A stretch of 64,000 bases of DNA from Octopus vulgaris (GCA_951406725.2 CATOCA020000001.1:1178001-1242000); one strand, 5' to 3'; shown: positions 1 to 13,729, numbered from the stretch's first letter. The notes: generated from the sequence alone by a model not told the origin. A program made the numbers and translations.

Positions 1-1930
1 GGATGCTGTGAATGGGCGCTGGCCCGAAAGTCGTCCTGAACAGGCGGGTCAGATATTCCTCGTCGACGTCCAGGTTCACCCCGAGCTCGTCGTCGCACCT
101 CCCCTCCACTAATCCCCTATAGAATGCTTTGGTTGTGTTGATGTCACTCATGGTCGACCCGGGACGGCATAGTTGCTTGACAGCAACGGGACACTCGCGG
201 TGCCATTCGCCCCTTCTCGGCCTCTTTTTAATCCACGGCTGCAGTTCGGTCATGGAGATGAGTTCACACCTGTTCACCGTCGTCTACGTAGAGCCTGAGA
301 TTTCGCAGTCTCAGCGCGTGTCTGCGCATCATAAAAAAAGGCATGGCCAGTCCTCCCCTTTAACGGGTGTTGACAGCAAATGGATCGCCTGACCATCGGG
401 ACGCATCCTTTCCTCAAGACGCGAAAGAGAATGCGTTCTAGTTTGGTGCTGGTAGGGTCGGGACAAGGCACGACGGTCAGGCGGTAGTAGATGACGTACG
501 CGATGTACGAGTTCGCCACCTCCGCCCGACATTTTAGGGACAGTTTCTCTCGGCCCATTACCAGGTGATAGTGGCCACCCTGCTCATTATCTCGTTCCAC
601 TTTTTCTCCATTTGGAGGTCTCGCCCAAACCAGACCCCGAGAAACTCGACCGGACCGTCGGTCCAGTGTCCCACGACGGAGGCGCTGGTGGACTGCATGG
701 GCTTGCTTCTCCAGGTGCCGAGTCGCAAGCCCACTGATTTATCCCGGTTGATTTTTGCTCCTGTCACCGCTACGTAGTATTTCAGTGTCTCGCCGACATG
801 CTCGATGTGCTCGTGGCTAGACACTATGACGGTGTCGTCGTCCGCGTATGCCGACACGCTCGTCACGAATCCCAATTCTCGTGGGATGACCCTCATAGTT
901 GGCAGCTTCCGTAATAATGGCTCGAGAGTCAATGCGTTCAGAAGCGACGAGAGGAGGCATCCCTGACGGACATAACGTGCAATGTCTAAAGGTTTCTATA
1001 GAAGTCCATTTACACGAATTACCGTACGGATGCCTGTGTACAAAGCGGCTATCCAGCCACGGAAGACGGGACCGAATCCAGCCGCTCTGAGGACAGCTTC
1101 CAAGTATCGATGGTCTACCCTATCGAAAGCTTTCGATTGATCCAAACTGATCTGCGCTCCACCCGTGCTAGGTTCGTTAACTACCCTGTCTATGATGTAG
1201 CGCATCAGGTGGCGGTCGTCATGGATGCTCCGGCCCGGCACGGCGCACGTTTACGCCTTGTCGACCAGTTTCTCGATGACAAGCGCCAACCTCTTGGCTA
1301 ACACATTGGCCAAAATTTTCAAGTCTGCATTCAGCAGAGTAATGGGCCCAAAGTTATCTATAACATTCCCCTTGTTTAGATCTTTCTTCAGCAGTGTTAC
1401 GGCTCCTCGGATCACAAAACCAGGAATGCTCCAGTTTTGCTGCCAGCTGCAGTACACCGCTGCCAAGACGTCTCCAAACAAGTCTGGCATACAACTGTAA
1501 AGCTCGTGGTGTAGACAAACAAAACCCGTCGATTTGTCTCTCGAGCATTCTGCCATCGCGTCCTGCTCTTCCGCCGCCCTGATGGCACCTTCGCAGCGCG
1601 CTGCCTCTCTTGTCGAGAATCGTGGTAGGCTGTGTAGGTAGGTACCGAAGTCCACCCTAAGTTCTTGCTCGCCACTAGTCCCGAACAGTCGGGCAAAATG
1701 CTGTTGGAAGGCCTCACACATTTTACTTGGCTCGAGCAATTCGCGCCCCTGTTCATCTACCAGAGACTGAATGGTGCCATTGTTGCCCTGTTGCGCCTCT
1801 GCCACCCGGGCTTCTCTCGCGGCTCTAACGCCTTCGATCATTAGAGCACGCATCATAGATCTGACAACACACCCTTCGTGTTTGTCGTTGAAGTGTTGGT
1901 CGAGGGCCAACCTCGCCGCCAAAACGTCGG
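1..1930 (-). mobile_element. L1/Tx1-clade non-LTR retrotransposon ORF2 (RT) remnant, frameshifted and 5'-truncated
   Basis: Consecutive minus-strand ORFs carry RT motifs: 'NFGPITLLNADLKILANVLAKRL' (1251-1991), 'SLDQSKAFDRVDHRYL' (996-1241), 'SAYADD' and 'FLGVWFG' (558-932). GC-rich relative to flanks; ends at a (GATA)n tract. Confidence 0.9.
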
Positions 1931-2029
1931 ATAGATAGATAGATAATTTAGATAGAGCGAGAGAGACAGATAGAAACATACAAAGATACATACATACATA
2001 CTTATATATACATACATACTTAGATAAAA

Positions 2030-2410
2030 AGAATAATTTTAAAAATCGGTATGCTAATCACGTAGCCATCTTCCGACATCAGGACACAAGCAAAGCTAAG
2101 TTCTCTGCCTATTCTTTATTAACATTTTGTAATCTTTCCAGCCCTTTAATTTAAGAGCTAAAAAGGATTACACTTTCACCTTTTCTACTTTTTCATTTTT
2201 AGATTTTTGTGTTTTCATTTTCTTTTTTTTTTTAACTTTCTACATTTTCTATATGCTATATTCTCAGTTTTCTCAAGTTTCTTCTCTTATTCATTTTTCT
2301 TTAGTTCGTAATGATATGTTGTTTGTGCCTGGTGTATTTGTTTGAGATATCCCCCAACATATGAAACTGAACTTAAAGTCAGGTACTGTGTCCATTAAAT
2401 AAATAAATAG
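2030..2410 (+). mobile_element. Penelope-like element 3' remnant (GIY-YIG fragment plus terminal region)
   Basis: Near 2032 the sequence translates NNFKNRYANHVAIFRH, like the FKxRYxNH motif of PLE endonucleases. A decayed hammerhead-like motif (GAAAC...GTC AGGTAC) lies near 2325-2386. Confidence 0.4.
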
Positions 2411-2420
2411 TATATATATT

Positions 2421-2633
2421 GTTGTTTGTTCATTCTCGAGCCATGCCTGGCTCATAAGGGACGGGGCACTGGACCTCTGCCGGTGAGCTGCTAGAAGTAG
2501 GAGGAAAGGGTGAGAGAATGTGGTGGAGCTGAGGAGTTCCGCTCATAAACAAACATCGCATAATCAGAGATTCGAAACCGCGATCCCTCGAGCGCGAGTC
2601 TGCTGCTCTAACCACTAGAACTTCTGCCTCCAT
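2421..2633 (-). mobile_element. tRNA-derived SINE
   Basis: Reverse complement starts TGGAGGCAGAAGTTCTAGTGGTTAGAGCAGCAGACTCGCG...GGTTTCGAATC (pol III A/B-box-like head); same head family as 6169. Confidence 0.8.
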
Positions 2634-2859
2634 ATATATATACATATATACACGATGTTGGACCCGGCTTTACTCGTGTTTTCCGTTTAGAAGTTAAGCC
2701 CACCTCTGACCTTGTATTGAAATCTTCTACATTCCCTCTACCAACTGTTACCAATTAAGATGTTATATCTGATTCGGCAGGGATTTTACCCGCTTAACGC
2801 TTTTGACATACTCCTACATACTGGACCGTCTGAAATAGCAGTGAAACGTGTGGGTGTAC

Positions 2860-3977
2860 TTCGAAACTTTGATTGTGATGTCTGTTTATTTCTCCCCCCT
2901 GAATGTCATTCTTGGTACAAAATTAAGCAGTGTGTCCAATCTCATTAAAATATAAAGAAAAGTGGTAAGGTTATGTCATAAAATAGAATCCATGTGACCA
3001 ATTACATGAAAATATTCCATTGACATTTTAATCTCAATACGTTATATAAATAACCGACGTTTTATATGTCGAAGTGCTTAATTTTACACACTGTTCAATT
3101 TTCTTCAAAATCAGTTCATTATTTTATTGTGAATGATTTTGACGATTTCTGCCTTTCATCATTTTAATTTTAATTCTACTACATGAATCAGGCCTTAAAC
3201 TTTACCTAAAAGTCGAAGTTCATCAAAATCGGATGAATTGTGTAAAAGTTACAGCATAAAATACTAATCCTATGGGTGATTGCATACAATAAGCCGATTG
3301 ATATTTTAAAACGCAGTTATCGATTTTTTATCAACTCTTCATCTGGTATCAACTAATGGACATGAACTGTAATCGTTAAGAATGTCTGTAAGGAAATGCT
3401 TATGTACATTTATGCCCTTTTCAAGCTCTTTTGAATTAAATAAATACATGTCCCGTATCCCCCACCAATCATTTACCTACACTTCATATTTCATTAAAAG
3501 CGGATGAAAAATATGTAATTTACGGCCAAAAATAAAACCCCTATGGGTATTTGGACGCAAAACGTCTATTGATTTTATAAAACCACTGCTCCGGCCCAAT
3601 TACCAATTTTTTTCTCAACGTCATATACTGAAATCAACTCACTGCCATGAGCCTTGCTCACTCATCGACTTTCATTTAAGTGGGACAAAAAATGCAAAAG
3701 CTGCTGGGAAAATAACATCGTTATGGGAATATGCGAGGTTAATGAACAAAATTTTAAAATGTCGCCATTGTTTTCAAATTACGTTTCACATTTTGTTTGA
3801 AAAAAAAGTGTGTTAATACTTTTGTTAATGCCTCGTTAAAAAGCATTGGCCAAAATCGGTACCGCTTGGGATTGGGGATTTGAAAAAAATGAAAACACAT
3901 TCAAACAATTTTTAAAGAGCTTCCTGCCATCATTTCAAACGTTGAGGTGAAAACAAAATTGAAAATCTTCACCAGAG
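2860..3977. repeat. ~1.1 kb interspersed non-coding repeat, homologous to 39615-40733
   Basis: Colinear shared blocks, e.g. CAGTGTGTCCAATCTCAT, CATCAAAATCGGATGAATT, TTTAAAATGTCGCCATTGTT, AAAGAGCTTCCTGCCATCAT, ending at TCACCAGA in both copies. Confidence 0.85.
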
Positions 3978-4018
3978 CGAGTGCAGTAGTGGCTGTGTGG
4001 TAAGTAGCTTGCTTACCT
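3978..4018 (+). mobile_element. SINE 5' head fragment
   Basis: GTGGCTGTGTGGTAAGTAGCTTGCTTACC matches the heads at 39208, 41472 (minus) and 47832. Confidence 0.7.
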
Positions 4019-4601
4019 CATTGTGCATGTGCGAATCGGAGTTGTGTTTGATACTGAAGCTATAAAGACGTGTTTTTGAAGCCGTCTTAAATTGAAGATT
4101 TTTGAAACTCAGCTGTACAAGTAAGACTTTTTGGGGGGTCTAGTGGGGGCCTGTTGTCTACCGCAATTATTTTTTGCAAACAAGTAGTCCTCACTGGATT
4201 CTAGTCTACCTGTAGCTGAGTGAATATTTTTTCACTTAACTGTGAAAATTATTGTTTTGTGGGCGTATCCTTCCGCAAAATTTTGTTTGAGAATCGAGTT
4301 TGTCCAGGAATAACTCTGGGAATTTTTAGAAAAGATTTCAACAATATTGTTCCTGTTAAGGATTACCTATGAGAAGTAAATTGGAATGATTTGCGTTAAA
4401 ATTTTGGCCTGGAGTACCAAGTGTCCTTTACTGTGCTTTGAACTGCTGCTCTGTCTTCAACCCTCTTTTATTTAAAAAAAGACTCTTTATTGAACTGTTA
4501 ATTTTTTCTCCTTCCTTTTTGTTTAGACTTTTTCTCTTCCTTCTTTATCCTTAATTATTTTGTATTTTATGAAGTGTTTTTTGAACTTTTTTAAAAGAAA
4601 C

Positions 4602-5790
4602 ATGGCAAAGAACAATGGAAAGTAGGTGGAGTGGGAATTTATACCACCCAAAAGATGATTAAAAGAACTTGAAAGTAAGACGGTGGTTTTGAGGACCTAC
4701 TCTAGGATCCTCGACGCCATTGCCGTTTTCAAAAAATATTAACGAAAGAGAGATGGCAGAATTTAAGCCAGCTATTAAGTTTATCACTCGGAGGGTCAAA
4801 TATGCAACCGTGTGGTACTATTTTACTTCCCAGCAGCGGATTGTGATTTTGCGTGCCAGCTCCTGGAAGGCAATGAAATTTTGTTTCTTCCCACTTATTG
4901 TGGGAAGAAGTTGACGAGGGCTTGGGTTTGCGGCTTTCCACCCGGTGCTGAGCCCGAATGGATTGGAGATACTATCCGCCGGGGTCTGGGTGGCAGTAGC
5001 ACCAAGCTCTTCAATGTAAATATTCTGCCTGCGGCTTACTGGGAGGGGTCAAAAGCTGTTTTGACCCTCTGGACCAAGTCAGCCGAAAGTCTGGTATTTC
5101 CAGACTTTTTGAGAATCGGCTGGTCCAAGTATCCAGTGATGCTTGAGGGAGCATCTCCTCCAAGTGTTATCGGTGCCTTGAACCTGGCCATATAAAAAAG
5201 AACTGTCCTCAACGGCAAAGCAAAATCCTGGAGCGGTTAACGGATACCTCTGTAGAAGAAGGAAAGCAGGCGGCCGAGGAGATAGAGGATGCCTCAAAGA
5301 AGAGCCGCAAAAGGAATAAGGTGAGTAATAATGGGTGCTCACCGAAGGATTCTGGGAATGCGGGAGGGGAGGCACATACTCCGGTCACGGACGAGATGCA
5401 CCCTCCCCCAGTCAAGAAGCAAAAAGAGGATAAAGGAGAAACGGGATATTGCCGACAGTCGGAGACATGAAGCCTCATCGGTGTGGGTCGTGCCACTGGC
5501 GGGGCGGCGTGGGTAGACACACTTGGTAAGAATTGTTCCGCCAATGGTAGGATTGACTACCTCGGACCTGGAGGAGAAAGAACTGCTGTTCTTCTGTTAT
5601 AGAGGAGGAGTGGTGGAAAAGGTGGTGGTAGAACACTACAAGGGAGTACCTTTGGCCTTCGCACGGTAACCCGAATGGCCTCCGCAGATGGCTGTGGAGT
5701 TCATAACGTTGCGCATGTTTCATAGGCTGGGGGGACTAAAAGAGGAATATCGCTCGTGGCCGGGTGACGCCAACTCGGAGCATGCCTTGA
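4602..5790 (+). pseudogene. Decayed retrotransposon ORF1/gag-like gene with CCHC zinc knuckle
   Basis: 5162-5209 translates KCYRCLEPGHIKKNCP (CX2CX4HX4C), frameshifted from ORF 4812-5195. No RT follows. Confidence 0.65.
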
Positions 5791-5889
5791 TTTTAAAGCT
5801 AGCATGGGCGATGGTGGAGTACACGTACACAAGCGATGATGAGGATTGACAAGAGGTTGAAAAGTCTCAGTGTTATAATGTGTAAGAAT

Positions 5890-6056
5890 TTAAGAGATAA
5901 AAAGGGAAGCCTAAGAGAGATGGTGGTAGTGGTTGTGAGTGTAGTTGTAGTAAGTATTTTAAATCCCCTATCACTTAACGCATGCTCAGAAATGCAATTC
6001 CATGAAATATTCACACTTATATATAGTGTCATATGTACGGCGTATATATATTTTAC
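5890..6056 (+). repeat. Helitron-associated 5' non-coding segment
   Basis: TCACTTAACGCATGCTCA...AAATATTCACACTTAT...CATATGTA shared with 16380-16560, 52630-52790 and partly 37860-37990; each precedes Helitron-like coding remnants. Confidence 0.7.
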
Positions 6057-6094
<38 letters not shown>

Positions 6095-6125
6095 GCCTCC
6101 ACATATATATATATATATACGCCTC

Positions 6126-6168
<43 letters not shown>

Positions 6169-6173
<5 letters not shown>

Positions 6174-6455
6174 GAGGCGCAATGGCCTAGTGGTTAGGGC
6201 AGCGGACTTGCGGTCGTAGGGTCGCGGTTTCGATTCCTTGTGAGTGTATATTGAGCGAAAACACCTAAAAGCACCTCGAGGCTCTGGCAGGGGGTGGTGA
6301 TCCCTGCTGTACTCTTTCACCACTCTTTCTCCCACTCTTTCTTCTGTTGACCTGCTCGCTTAGCCAGCGGGGTGGCGTCATTTGAAGGCTAAAACAATGC
6401 GAACACATTGTAACCAGTGATGTGTAGCAACATCTGATGGTCTGGTCGGTCACAT
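6169..6455 (+). mobile_element. tRNA-derived SINE
   Basis: GTGGAGGCGCAATGGCCTAGTGGTTAGGGCAGCGGACT...GGTTTCGATTCC head with A/B boxes; ends in GGTCGGTCACATGAT then (GAT)n. Confidence 0.85.
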
Positions 6456-6599
6456 GATAATGATGATGATGATGATGATATATATATATATATTATAATG
6501 AAAGTACCAGGAGTGTAAATGTACAATTGCAAAAGTGTGAACTACACTTCAGAAGAAGGGATTATATAAGGGGTTACACTTTTTCCACAAGCAATGAAA

Positions 6600-8624
6600 T
6601 AGCTGCACCGTGAAAACAGAGACATTCTTGTCTATCCATGGAATACACCTGCAGAGCGAATCGCGTAGACATTGTGCCATCTAGTCTCAATGAGTTATCC
6701 ACTTCTATTCCCTCATGGAATGTCCGGATGGCACTGTGGTATTCTATATGTGGCGAAACGAACATCCGCTCGCAGACGACTCACGATGTAATTTAGGGTT
6801 GCTGATTGCAGTACCTAGGAGACCATCAGGCCCAGTTGCTCGTAGATCAGTACAATGGACTTATGGACTACCTGAAGAGAGGAGCTTTGAAAAAGTGAAC
6901 ACTGTAGGAGGTGAAATCTATGCAAGATTTAAAGATGCGTACATATGACTTGGTCTTCTCCAAACTTATGTGATGTTGGAACATGCCATACTAAAGGTGC
7001 TGCATATCGGATGGCATTTCGGCCGCGTATCACGTTTGTTGTCCTTTGCACCTATTCAAATCATTCAAATGTCCTTCGCCTGAGGAACACTCACAAGAAT
7101 ACCATGATGGTAGATTATGCTCAGCGAGGTTTGAATGCATACTCTACACTCTATAAATTCTATGCAAATTGTAAATGGCATTAGCGGCCTTAATATTGGC
7201 TTGTCTGAACCAGTTCTAGTGTAACGGGTAGGGCATAAACATGACATGAACCACCCCGGCATTGCAACGGTTACCGATGAACAGAGAGTGATCGCTGATG
7301 CAGTCATTGAAGACAGTTGATAAGAAAAGGTGAGGTGAGGTGCTGGAATGTTCCTGCTTCTATGCAGAGGTTCCTGGAGGTTGGGACAAGAATTACATAT
7401 TTATTACGCTGATCTCACATCTACGAAGGAGAAACTATCAAGTGGTGCGTGCAGAGGCATAGCTTTAACATTGATCTCTGGTGGAAGGACGGTGCACAGT
7501 TTGCTCAAATTGCCCGTTCCCCTGTTGGAAACTAGCTTTTGCAGTGTACCACCCATCTCTGGCCAGAAATTATTTGAGAAATTTTTACTTGATCATTATA
7601 GATGAGGCTTCCATGATCCCTCTTTATGCTTTTCATGCTAATGACAAAGCTCTGAAAGAAATCACTGGCAAGAATGAAGTTTTCGGTTGAAAATTTGTGC
7701 TCATTGGTAGAGACTTCAGGCAGGTTCTGCTAATATTGCCAAGAGGAATTTGTGAGGCAGTAATTCAGATCTCCATTAAGAACTCTCCTCTCTGGTTACA
7801 CTTCAGACATTTATATGTTGAGCCAAAATAGAGCAATAACAGGTCGAAGAGAATTTGCAACATGGCCACTACTCTTTGACTATGGCACCACAACTCTTAT
7901 GCAAGATTTAAGCGAGTCAGTGATGATGTAAACGTGCTACGTGATTCATGCTTTAATGGGTCGCTGATAAATAATGCTTTTTGGCAATGCCCCTCAAGAA
8001 CAAAGAACAAGTAGAGCGATCCTCTCACCAAAAAGTTCAGACTGCTTAAAGATAAACGAAGGGGTTATGGATAAACTCCAAAGTGACCAGTGTTTTTAAT
8101 ACAGCATGGATAAGGTCTTCACAGATGAGCTGCTGAAGCTGAGCGATATTCACTGGAATTTCTGATTTCATGGACACCATCTGGAATGCCACCTCCTAGA
8201 TTGCATTTGAAACCTGACTCCATAATCATGCTCCTGAGGAATATTTCAATTGAAAATGGTCTCTATAACGGAACAAGACTGAAAGTGGAAGCCCTCTACC
8301 AAAACTCGATTGAAGCCTCAATAATAAGTGGCACATTGATCGGGAGACGTATTCTCATTCACAGAATAAGGCTGGTACTGAGACACCTAATCCCGTTCGC
8401 TTGACATTTGCAATGACTATCAATAAATCACATGGGCAGGCATTTGATAAACTGGAGCTATTCTTGCTTGAACCTGCCTATTAATGGTCAGCTATATGTT
8501 GTTTCCCAAGGGCTCACAAACATTATCTGATATTAAAGTTAAAGTTATCAACACCGACAAACAAGGGAAAAGAAGAGGGAGAAGTTACGCGAACAACACA
8601 ATCTGTAACGAAGTATTGGATTGA
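6600..8624 (+). mobile_element. Helitron RepHel remnant (central region plus Pif1-family helicase), multiply disrupted
   Basis: SFEKVNTVGGEIYARFKDA; GIALTLISGGRTVHS; LIIIDEASM; GRDFRQVL; MPPPRLHLKPDSIIMLLRN...GLYNGTRL; FAMTINKSHGQ; stop near 8624. Confidence 0.92.
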
Positions 8625-9449
8625 AAGGTGTACGCACATTGAAATATATATAAGCTCTGATGCACCGCCTTTCTTATGAACTACCAACGATGTGGCTTTC
8701 AGACGATGCCATGTTGCATTAAATTTTCAACCCTATGTTTTACCTATAAAATCATTTTTTTACTATAATATTTTTGTTTTCTTGATATGAATTTGTGGCC
8801 ATGTAAAATTTAAAATGTTATTTTTTTCTCTCTATGGGGTAAATGGAAACAATATTAAATATTTATTTTATGATTGCTGTGTATTAAGTCTATAAAATCG
8901 TACATGAAGTATATAAAGTACATATATAAAGTGCATTAAGTAATCATCGTATTTCAGTTTCCTTCAATTTTCATTGAATAGCAGATGAGAAACATTCTTT
9001 TCATACACACACAACACAGTCTACGCTTTCAGATTTTTTGGATACATTTTTCAGGAGTCACCGAAAAGATTTATTATTAATTCCGTGGAATATTTATGGA
9101 TTCCGCTACTGAAATAATAAATGTTGAGTATTAAGAATCAGATGAAGTGAGAAAAGAGGACATTGAGAGAGAAGGGTGAGACGATGATGACAATCAATAT
9201 TATGATCGAGATGATGATGACGAAGATGATGATGATGATGATGATGATGACAGCGATAATGTCGATCATAAATACGATGTTGAAGGTTGTTATGATGATG
9301 AGGATGAATATGACGAGAAAGCGGATGAGAATGTTGATGTTGATATTATCACAGAATATTCTAACAATTCAGATGAGAAAGAAGAGGAGGAGAACAATAG
9401 GATGAAGATGAAATGAAGAATTCCTGCAGATTACTCAATAGTTCAACGA

Positions 9450-9935
9450 AGGTATTTTCTTTTTCGTTGATCTTTAGCTTCATGTTAACATCCACTGGGC
9501 AGCTGATTTCCACAAGTGTACACAGTTTCTCTCCTCAATCCCAAATCGCCATGTCAGGTCTATTGTGTTTACATTTCATCGGGACATTCCGGCAGCACTC
9601 CATTTTATTGGTAGCGGTTTTAGCTTGCACCATATTGTGGGATTATATTTCTTTTTCTTTTGGAATTATCCTTCCGACGGATTTCATTATACAGTGTCCT
9701 AGCTACATAATGTCACATCGGTAGATTAAATCATGATGGCATTTTCGGACAACTGCTTGTAATATGGGTGATATCTTCGGTGTTACCGCCACGTAATCTG
9801 CATCGGCTGTCACGCTTTACTGTTTTGCCTGCATCTTTGTCCCTTTTGTGCATTAGTTATTTGGTTGATATTTCCTGTTCCTGGATTGCAAACGGATACC
9901 CTTCAAATTAGAAGATAGTAATCCGGTTTTTGGAC
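9450..9935 (-). mobile_element. R4/Dong-like non-LTR retrotransposon C-terminal remnant (zinc knuckle plus restriction-like endonuclease)
   Basis: Minus strand reads approximately FAIQEQEIST...CRL...EDITHITSSC...HNRPDMAIWD...LVEISCPVDVNMKLKINEKEN, with stops. Confidence 0.7.
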
Positions 9936-10687
9936 CATGTATATATGTATGTACGGATGAACCTACCTTTTATCTCTTCTCTGTACTAGCCAGTATACGG
10001 CGACCATACTGGAGTATCACATTAAAGAGTATTACTGCAACAAATCGAACTCATTACTTATTTTTATAAAGTTTGCTACTTATTCTCTCTCTTCTTTTCT
10101 CTCTCTGTCTCTCTTATGATGTCCGATCCCACTTGAAGTTGTATATATATTGTGTTAAGATTCGTTTTCAATCATTTATCCTTATGGAGAAGAAACGGAC
10201 AAAAGTAACCACCACATACAATAAACAAACATCTCCACTACTTTACACCGTCCAAGTTAACCCTCTTCACTTTTGCAGCTGACATGAAAAACTACGCCAA
10301 AAAGAGAAAAGATCGATTGCTATAAAAACAGGTAACATTTTGGGGTTAATAACCTTAACCTTTAGTTACAGTTTCTCATTCAAACTACATAATGGGTAGT
10401 GTTTTTGAGGGAGATTTGGCTGCTATTCCCCTAGCTACATTGAAGAGGTCTGCTTCATTGGCTCATACATAAATATATGCATACATATATACATAAAATC
10501 GAAATAAAATATTTAAAGCAACAGATGTCAAATAGAAAACCAAGGTCCATGCAGTGTCATGGGCAAAAGAATTTCCAACTTCTTGCCTAATGCGAGCCCA
10601 GAGCAATCTTTTATCTCTAACACTATTTCAGTATTACGTCTGTATTGTCATGCGAGATAATACTTTCAGTTTGAAAGAAGCCTGTCC

Positions 10688-10756
<69 letters not shown>

Positions 10757-13539
10757 CGTATGCATTCAAAAACCGAATTACAGATCTTGACATATGGGGT
10801 ATAACATGTTACAGATACATTCCTCTATTTACATAATACTGAGGTCCCATTCATTCTTTTGTTGGTATACCGCTACTATTAATATATATATGTATATTAA
10901 GAGAAGGGATATAATATCAAAGCAGATAGCGAATGGCAAGTCTGGTCTCTTCAGATGGTAGGTTTTATGCTAAATGACCTTTAGGTCCCAACCGATGTAA
11001 CAGTTTAGTTTTTGTTGACGTAGATATACAGTCTAATAATGATAATAATGCGATTGAATTTGTATATTCAAAATCTTAATTCTCTCTGTCTCTCTCTCTC
11101 AATCTTTCTTTCTTTCTTTCTTTCATTCTTTCTTTCTTTCATTCTCTGTTTCGCTTTCTCTCTCACTCTCTTCCTCTCCCTATATATATAGACTTATAAC
11201 TTGAAGATATACTCGTTAAAATGTTATTTGTTATAAACAATTATATATGTATATATTAGTGTGTGTGTGTGTATGTACATGTATATATATTCAAATAAAT
11301 GCTCTCTCTCTGATCCACAGATCCGATTCACAGATCCTTAATGATCCTACTAATGGACAGAAAAGACACACGAAACGTAGAAAAAAACCTGTATGAATAC
11401 ATTATGTAAATGTCCCGCCCTGTGATTTTTATTTGTTGCTCAAGTTGAAGAAGTCGAAGGAGACTGTAACAAGGGCCCTGGAGACAATTTCTTTCAGATG
11501 AGATTTCAGGTTAGCTCTGTAGATTATTTTTCGAAATCTGCGCCGTAAAAGGTTCCACAGTTTAATGTGTCCCTTTGTTATCCAAACGATTATCGATGCG
11601 AGATGAAAAACTGATTTTAGTATAAGTCATTTACGCAATTCGGTAGCTTAATAACGCCTACGTTTGATAGGTCCGAAGACGTCACTAGTAATACCGTTTG
11701 GAAACATGGTGGTTCTGTCCACTGACATGACACAGATTCATCTGTCAAACATCATGTCTATGTTACCGCTGGTGAATGAATGAGGTTCAAACGAAGACTA
11801 CGCCTGTCATATTGTTTCCTATGGCTTCATCTCTATGCGTAAATTGAATGAAGTATGGGTGTTATGCTTTGCCAAAGTGCAATCCGTTTTTGGTCCAGGG
11901 CAATGTTTTATCCATATTCACCATACCCAAACCCTAACTCTAACCCTAACCCTATATTTAGAGGCTGTTCCCCATTCTATCGCATACAGTAAACTCTCTC
12001 AAAACACACATTCATAACTGGGCGTAATTCGCTATGGATTATGATTTCATAACATGCACCTTAATTTTACTAACTGTTTTAGCTATTGAAGTAGTCACGA
12101 GTTGACATTGACATCCTTTCGTATTGCCCACCCTTGTATATAACTATCACAACTAACTCTCGGTTGATACTTTATTTAAAGTTCAGTAGACTGATGCAAC
12201 GTGAAATGAAATGACTTGATCTAAGTAATAACGTTACTCATTTCAGGAATTGATCCCGGGATATTATGATCATCAGATGAACTTCCAAAACAAGTATGCC
12301 ATATAACTTCATACATGCTCCACTGCACAATCTTCTTGAGATACTCCGAGCAGAAATTGAAATCAAGTCCTCATATGCAACAACAAGCTATAGAAGAGTA
12401 CCTCTCTATTAAATAATTTTTCTGAATTCAAATGTGGAATCCATTTTTTAGCATCACATCTAGATTTTAAGATACCCAAACACTCAATTTTCACTATTTT
12501 CCTAAATATTTCAGGGAAATATATTGGGAAATGTAGTACGAATGTCTATTATGGCTTATCGATTATTTTATTAAAGGTCTAGTGTAAAGATCGGGTAATG
12601 AAATAATGGCCGAAGCGAGCATTAGTCCCAGGGTATTTTAATGTGAATGAACAGACTTTAGTTCAGCCGGAGAAAATCATCCAACATCCACTTCTTATCA
12701 AGGCAGATTGCAAATAAATACGATGCTGGGCTATTGAGCTTCAGCACTAAAGAAAACCATTCAAACACAAATTCATGAAAAAATAGGCACGAACCATAAA
12801 GTAAACTGTAGATATTCACGTGCAATCGTACACTCATACACAAAATGTTAGACATTTATGCAGACACATAGAGACACAAACAATCATAGACACCTTCATA
12901 CACACTCTAACATGAAAATAGTAGCAGAACATTAGTTAGAGATAGGGAGAGAAAAAGGAAGATGAGAAGACATCAAGTTCCCAGAAAAATTTCGTAAAGA
13001 GAATAATATCAAAAACTTAACCAACTTACATTTCCTTTAAACTTTGAAGGTTTTGAAAGGCTCCTTGTGGGATGGTTGTGATTATATTGTAACCGAGATC
13101 TCTGAAACATAAAACACAGATCAAAAGAATGAGTATTAAAAAGATTTCTTATAAAATATTAATTCTTCTATCTTTAGAATCATATTAATAAAAAGAGGAC
13201 GGTGAAGGAGAGAAAGGCCGAAATGATGTTGATGATGATGATGATGAGAAGGAGTATTGCGATGTTGATTGTAAATGTTGTAATAATGACGGTGAGAAGG
13301 AAAAATGATGATGATTATTATCGAAAAGGATGACAAACCCTACCGATTAATTGGTGATGAAGACGTTGATTATTATGATGTTCATAACGAAGGTGATGAT
13401 GATTCTGCATGCTAGAAATAGCAGAGTAAATCGTGGGAGGAAATAGTTATGATGACATGATAAATTATAACGATTAGTGAATACGAAAATACGATTAGCA
13501 GAAGGACTATGAATATGATAGCCCTGAAGATGATACTGA

Positions 13540-13693
13540 TGATGATGATGATGATGATGATGACGGATGATTATGATGATGATGATTATGATGACGACGA
13601 TGATGATGACGATGATGATGACAATGATGATGATGATGATGATGACGATGATGGCGATGATGATGATGATGACGACGATGATGATGATGATAC

Positions 13694-13726
<33 letters not shown>

Positions 13727-13729
13727 CGA

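Noticed and set aside
6171-6240. Possible tRNA gene (also 2560-2633 and 46951-47010)
   Set aside because: The tRNA-like head lacks a complete acceptor stem and continues into SINE body sequence.
5799-6335. Many [10 protein letters not shown] and CVCV ORFs across the window
   Set aside because: Translations of (TA)n, (CA)n and (TG)n tracts.
7348-8624. Host PIF1 helicase gene
   Set aside because: Intronless, riddled with stops and frameshifts, and preceded by Helitron-specific sequence.
11929-11953. Telomere-like (CCCTAA)n
   Set aside because: Only about three imperfect units, further decayed in copy B.
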